Position numbers and translations under genes: made by a program. From Candidatus Bipolaricaulota bacterium (lineage in GTDB: Bacteria; Patescibacteriota; Patescibacteriia; UBA11705; DATKZF01): a stretch of DNA of 64,000 nt. The notes under the pieces were generated by a model. That model did no database searches and had not been told where the DNA came from. It saw nothing but the letters and a program-made list of their open reading frames with translations. Positions 60,217 through 64,000 of the stretch are shown piece by piece. Every line of letters begins with the position of its first letter. Within the stretch, counting starts at the first letter, position 1. The stretch spans positions 359,089 to 423,088 of the forward strand of contig DATKZF010000003.1 of the NCBI GenBank assembly GCA_035528115.1. The letters run 5' to 3'.

Positions 60217-60821
60217 AATATTTTGGAGGTATCGCCTTTGCCTTGCCTTATTATTTGAGGAACTTCTTCGGTCAAATCAATAACCGTTGATGGTTCATCG
60301 GCTATAATGCCGGCGTCCAAAATCAGATCTATTTCATCGCCGAATTTTTTTTCAATCTCAACGGGATTGGTGAAATATGGCTCACCTGAAATATTGATAC
60401 TGGTTGAAATCAATGGATTGCCCAGCATTTTTGCGATATTTAGCGAAATTTCACTGTTTGGTATTCTAATGCCAATGGTTTTTCTCTTGGGCATTATGCG
60501 AGCCGGCACCAATTTTGTCGCTTTCAAAATAAAAGTATAGGGTCCGGGAGTCAGCATTTTTATTATTTTGAATGCCGCGTCGCTTAAAATGGCGTATTTT
60601 GAAATGTCCTTTAGATCGGAAACAATAAAACTAAGTCCGGTATTCGGATCTTTTTGTTTGATTTTATATATTTTTTTAATGGCTTCTTTGTTAAAAGCGT
60701 CAGCGCCAAGGCCGTAAATGGTGTCGGTCGGATAGACGATTACCCCGCCTTTTTTTAAAGTTTCCGCGGCGTGTTTTATTTTTCGATATTCCGGAGCTTC
60801 TTTGTTGATTTCCATTAGCAT
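60213..60821 (-). CDS. L-threonylcarbamoyladenylate synthase (Sua5/YrdC/YciO family)
   Basis: YPTDTIYGL, PGPYTFIL, IGIRIP, STS.N.SG, PSTVID. Confidence 0.9.
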   Translation of the reverse strand: MLMEINKEAPEYRKIKHAAETLKKGGVIVYPTDTIYGLGADAFNKEAIKKIYKIKQKDPNTGLSFIVSDLKDISKYAILSDAAFKIIKMLTPGPYTFILKATKLVPARIMPKRKTIGIRIPNSEISLNIAKMLGNPLISTSINISGEPYFTNPVEIEKKFGDEIDLILDAGIIADEPSTVIDLTEEVPQIIRQGKGDTSKIL

Positions 60822-60994
60822 ATTTTTTTTGTTAATTCCCCATATGTATCTTATAATGGTAATAAGAAGCGGGCAATAGGGATTGTCATGGATCATGGAA
60901 CATAGAACACATAACACATAACACATAACATACGCGCGATAGAGGATAGGTATAGGCTTGGAAGCTGGAAATTTAAATAAGCCGATATGGCTTT

Positions 60995-61420
60995 ATGAAA
61001 AAATTTTGTTCAATCTTTTTTTTGATTTTGACTCTGGCGGGATGTTCTAAAAATGCCCAGGTCTCAAATGTTTGTTTTGACCAAACTTGTTTTAATGTCG
61101 AAGTGGCTGACAGCGGGGAAGCGCAAGAGAGGGGACTGATGTTTCGTGAAAAGCTGGAATCGAATCAAGGCATGTTTTTTGTTTTCGATGAAGAAGATAT
61201 ATATTCGCTTTGGATGAAAAACACCTTAATTCCGCTTGATATGATTTGGCTCGATGAGAATTTGAAAATCGTTTCCATTTTCTCCAACGCCCAGCCATGT
61301 CAAACACCAACATGCGAATCGATAAAACCCTTGAAAAAAGCTAAATATATTTTGGAAATAAACGGCGGTGCGGCGGTTGAAAAAGGAATTGATTTGCATC
61401 AAGTCGCGACATTCAAATAA
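60995..61420 (+). CDS. DUF192 lipoprotein
   Basis: LAGC lipobox; GLMFR, WMKNT.IPLD, LEIN.G. Confidence 0.9.
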   Translation: MKKFCSIFFLILTLAGCSKNAQVSNVCFDQTCFNVEVADSGEAQERGLMFREKLESNQGMFFVFDEEDIYSLWMKNTLIPLDMIWLDENLKIVSIFSNAQPCQTPTCESIKPLKKAKYILEINGGAAVEKGIDLHQVATFK

Positions 61421-61530
61421 AACAGGCGCTTTGGTAAGAGGCTTTGTTTGGGGAAATTGATTGATAATCTTGTTTGATTATGAGCCCCCGTCATGTTATA
61501 ATAAAAAAGTGAAATTACTAAAAACAAGAT

Positions 61531-62367
61531 ATGGCAATTTTAGAAAGACTCAAAAACATGGGTGCCCGAGTGGTTGGGTTGGACGAGGGATCAAAATTCA
61601 ATAAGGAAACGGAGAGGTTGAAGAACGAAAAAGGAGTAACAGAGGAAGAGGCACAAAAAGAGATTTTTCATGAAACGCTGGAGCAGCTTAAGCAGGAGAT
61701 GATGTTGACTGGGACAATAGACAGAAACTCTGCTGTTTTTCGTAAATTTGTAGAATCGGCAGGTGAAATTTTCGGGCCCGAAATGATGAATCAGTTTGAG
61801 ATGGAAGCTAATAATCCTGAGAATTTTAATGATTTTCCCAAAAGTCCATCGGGGAAGGATTTAAATGGCGCGAGATCTGGATATAGCCGACGATTTAAGG
61901 GCGAGGTGCCGGATAGCAACGTATTGCGTGATGTCGCGGCGAAAAATATGGAGATTAACGCGGCCATAGACGCATTTGTTGCAGGGACCGGTGGCCCTGA
62001 GTCGCTCCAAAAATTAGTTGAAGATAATCCGGAGCTGGGTGCGTATCTGGGTAAAATTATTAAAAATAAAGAAAGATTAAATAAGCACGAAAAAAAATTT
62101 GGCCGAGACATTGCGTTTGAAAATGAAATGAAAGGCTTTAAGGAGACGGCAAAAAAAGAGCTTACCGATTTGCTGTGGAAAAATCCGGTAAAGTGGGCAA
62201 AATCTGTCTTGCATGCGGGTCTTAATCCGAGTTTTAAAAATTTTTTTAAGTTATGCAGTGACTCAGCTGAGTTCATGGGGAAATCCGTTTGGTCAGGCGC
62301 TAAATTTATTTTTAAGGGAATAAAAACTGGAGTTGCCGGCGTCAGAAAATTAACGGCAAAATTATGA
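61531..62367 (+). CDS. Hypothetical protein
   Basis: 278-aa ORF with upstream TGnTATAAT. Confidence 0.7.
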   Translation: MAILERLKNMGARVVGLDEGSKFNKETERLKNEKGVTEEEAQKEIFHETLEQLKQEMMLTGTIDRNSAVFRKFVESAGEIFGPEMMNQFEMEANNPENFNDFPKSPSGKDLNGARSGYSRRFKGEVPDSNVLRDVAAKNMEINAAIDAFVAGTGGPESLQKLVEDNPELGAYLGKIIKNKERLNKHEKKFGRDIAFENEMKGFKETAKKELTDLLWKNPVKWAKSVLHAGLNPSFKNFFKLCSDSAEFMGKSVWSGAKFIFKGIKTGVAGVRKLTAKL

Positions 62368-62765
62368 ATGACAATGAGAATTTGCAACAACTGATTCAAT
62401 CCTCGTTTATTGCCAATGATAAAAAGCAAACGTTGTTCGATTATTTAAATACCCAAGGAGCAACCGAGGAATTTTTTAAATTATTTGATCAATATTTGGT
62501 TGAGGAAACAGAAAAAATAAAAAATAGGTATATGGAAATCATAAAAGGATTCGACTCGAAGGCTGCGACTTTGGACCAGGAGACTAATGCAAAGAAAGAA
62601 CAGTTATCAAAAGATTTGGAAGTGAGATTGTCAAACGCCGAATTAAACGCGGGAGAAGAGGATGCGACTTGGGACGAATATTATAGGGCATTAGATAAAT
62701 TGCGGGAGGATTACCAGGCTGAAATTAAAAAGATAACGTCAGAAGCGGTACTTTCAACACTTTAA
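62364..62765 (+). CDS. Hypothetical helical protein
   Basis: ATGA-coupled to previous gene. Confidence 0.7.
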   Translation: MNDNENLQQLIQSSFIANDKKQTLFDYLNTQGATEEFFKLFDQYLVEETEKIKNRYMEIIKGFDSKAATLDQETNAKKEQLSKDLEVRLSNAELNAGEEDATWDEYYRALDKLREDYQAEIKKITSEAVLSTL

Positions 62766-62815
62766 TCAAAAAAACTGACTCAGACGAGCAGTTTTTTTAT
62801 TATAAATTTTTTAAA

Positions 62816-63163
62816 TTACAGACTTGATTTTGGAAAAGGCTCCATTTCAAGAATTTTTTTTGCCTCAGTTTCTTCAAGCACATTTTTATTTTTCAAGACC
62901 TTAATCAGTTCTATCAATTTCGTGTCTTCTTTTCTCATCAGTATTGTAAGATCGCCACGCAAATCAGCAAGTTTATCGTCGAGGTAGTCTTTCGTGACCA
63001 TTTGCGATCTAATGCCGCCGATCTCTGATTTCATGCTGCCGATCTCGGATTTCATACTGCCGATTTCGGATCGTATTTCTTCAAATTGCGGATTGACATT
63101 ATCTTCTATTACTTTGCCCATTTCCACGGCTATTTTTTGTAGGTCTTCATTGGTTAACGTCAT
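62816..63163 (-). CDS. Coiled-coil protein with SEIGSMK heptad repeats
   Basis: 21-bp repeats; MVTKDYLDDKLADLRGDL. Confidence 0.7.
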   Translation of the reverse strand: MTLTNEDLQKIAVEMGKVIEDNVNPQFEEIRSEIGSMKSEIGSMKSEIGGIRSQMVTKDYLDDKLADLRGDLTILMRKEDTKLIELIKVLKNKNVLEETEAKKILEMEPFPKSSL

Positions 63164-63216
63164 ATTGTTTGTTTTTTATAGTAGTATTTTAGAACGATGG
63201 CTTTTTATTGTCAAAC

Positions 63217-63990
63217 TTATTTTATTTTCTTCAAATCCTTCAAAATCGCTTGATGGATTCTTTTATTTGACGCGACCATGTCTTTGCTTTTTACATTCCA
63301 TTCTTTGCCCGCAAAATCCGTAACTTTTCCTCCGGCTTCGCGCAAGATTAATACTCCGGCGGCCACATCCCATGGATGCGCGCCCGGAATCAAGATTGAA
63401 TCAGTTCTGCCAGAAGCGACATAGCAAAGCTCAAGGGAGGCGGAGCCGAGCTGTCTGATGAAGGAAGCTCGCAGTTTATAATAGCTGTAAATTTTAATGG
63501 CTTTTTTCCATGAATTGACGCCCGTGCCATGGCAATAAGTTAACAGCGCGTTGGAAATTTTATTTCTATTGGAAACTTTTAATTTTTTATTGTTCAAAAA
63601 TGCTCCTTTGCCCGGTTCGGCGACATAAAGTTCGTTGACCGCCGGCGCGTAGACAACGCCCAAAATAATTTTCCCCTGATGCGCCAAAGCGATTGAAACC
63701 GCGAATAGGGGATTGTGCATGAAAAAGTTGGTGGTGCCGTCGAGCGGGTCAATTATCCAAAGGTAATCGGATTTATTTTTCGATCTGCCGGTTTCTTCGG
63801 ACAAGATAGCATGATTGGGAAAATGTTTTTTGATGGCTTGCGCGATGATTTTGTTGGCGACCAAGTCGGCGGAGGTGACCAATTGATGTTTTGATTTGTA
63901 TTTGGCCGTAAATTTGTGGGAATTGTAAAGTTTTAATAATTCATTTCCCGCCGTTTTTATCGTTTGAAGGGCCATTGATTTGTGATTCAT
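63217..63990 (-). CDS. suhB: Inositol monophosphatase family protein
   Basis: SEE, WIIDPLDGTTNF, GSA, WDVAAG. Confidence 0.9.
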   Translation of the reverse strand: MNHKSMALQTIKTAGNELLKLYNSHKFTAKYKSKHQLVTSADLVANKIIAQAIKKHFPNHAILSEETGRSKNKSDYLWIIDPLDGTTNFFMHNPLFAVSIALAHQGKIILGVVYAPAVNELYVAEPGKGAFLNNKKLKVSNRNKISNALLTYCHGTGVNSWKKAIKIYSYYKLRASFIRQLGSASLELCYVASGRTDSILIPGAHPWDVAAGVLILREAGGKVTDFAGKEWNVKSKDMVASNKRIHQAILKDLKKIK

Positions 63991-64000
63991 ACGTTTTCCA

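Overview
This looks like the origin-proximal chromosome of a Patescibacteria/CPR (Parcubacteria-like) bacterium; that assignment is inferred from gene content and style. The core has yidD-rnpA-rpmH divergent from dnaA-dnaN with DnaA boxes (bipartite oriC), a parS cluster near 59-60 kb, ruvB, rnc, nusB, comM, lspA, pnp, rpsO, a Xer-like recombinase, 8 tRNAs, two surface-glycan clusters and secreted cell-wall hydrolases. Five accessory layers stand out. (1) A 3.94-kb GC-rich large-serine-recombinase element in tRNA-Ala(GGC) whose att core lies inside the integrase gene, so excision would swap the integrase C-terminus. (2) About ten stand-alone orphan expression cassettes (sigma70 promoter, strong SD, GC-richer ORF, terminator) in a genome whose core genes lack SD motifs; three share an identical terminator module. 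(3) A trp-style leader-peptide attenuator candidate upstream of the queuosine-precursor transporter. (4) Three small GIY-YIG nucleases with cognate palindromic repeats, plus several nested REP-like families. (5) A ~375-nt hairpin-dense intergenic ncRNA candidate next to a DnaA-box pair. All calls come from reading the sequence; no database searches were run.
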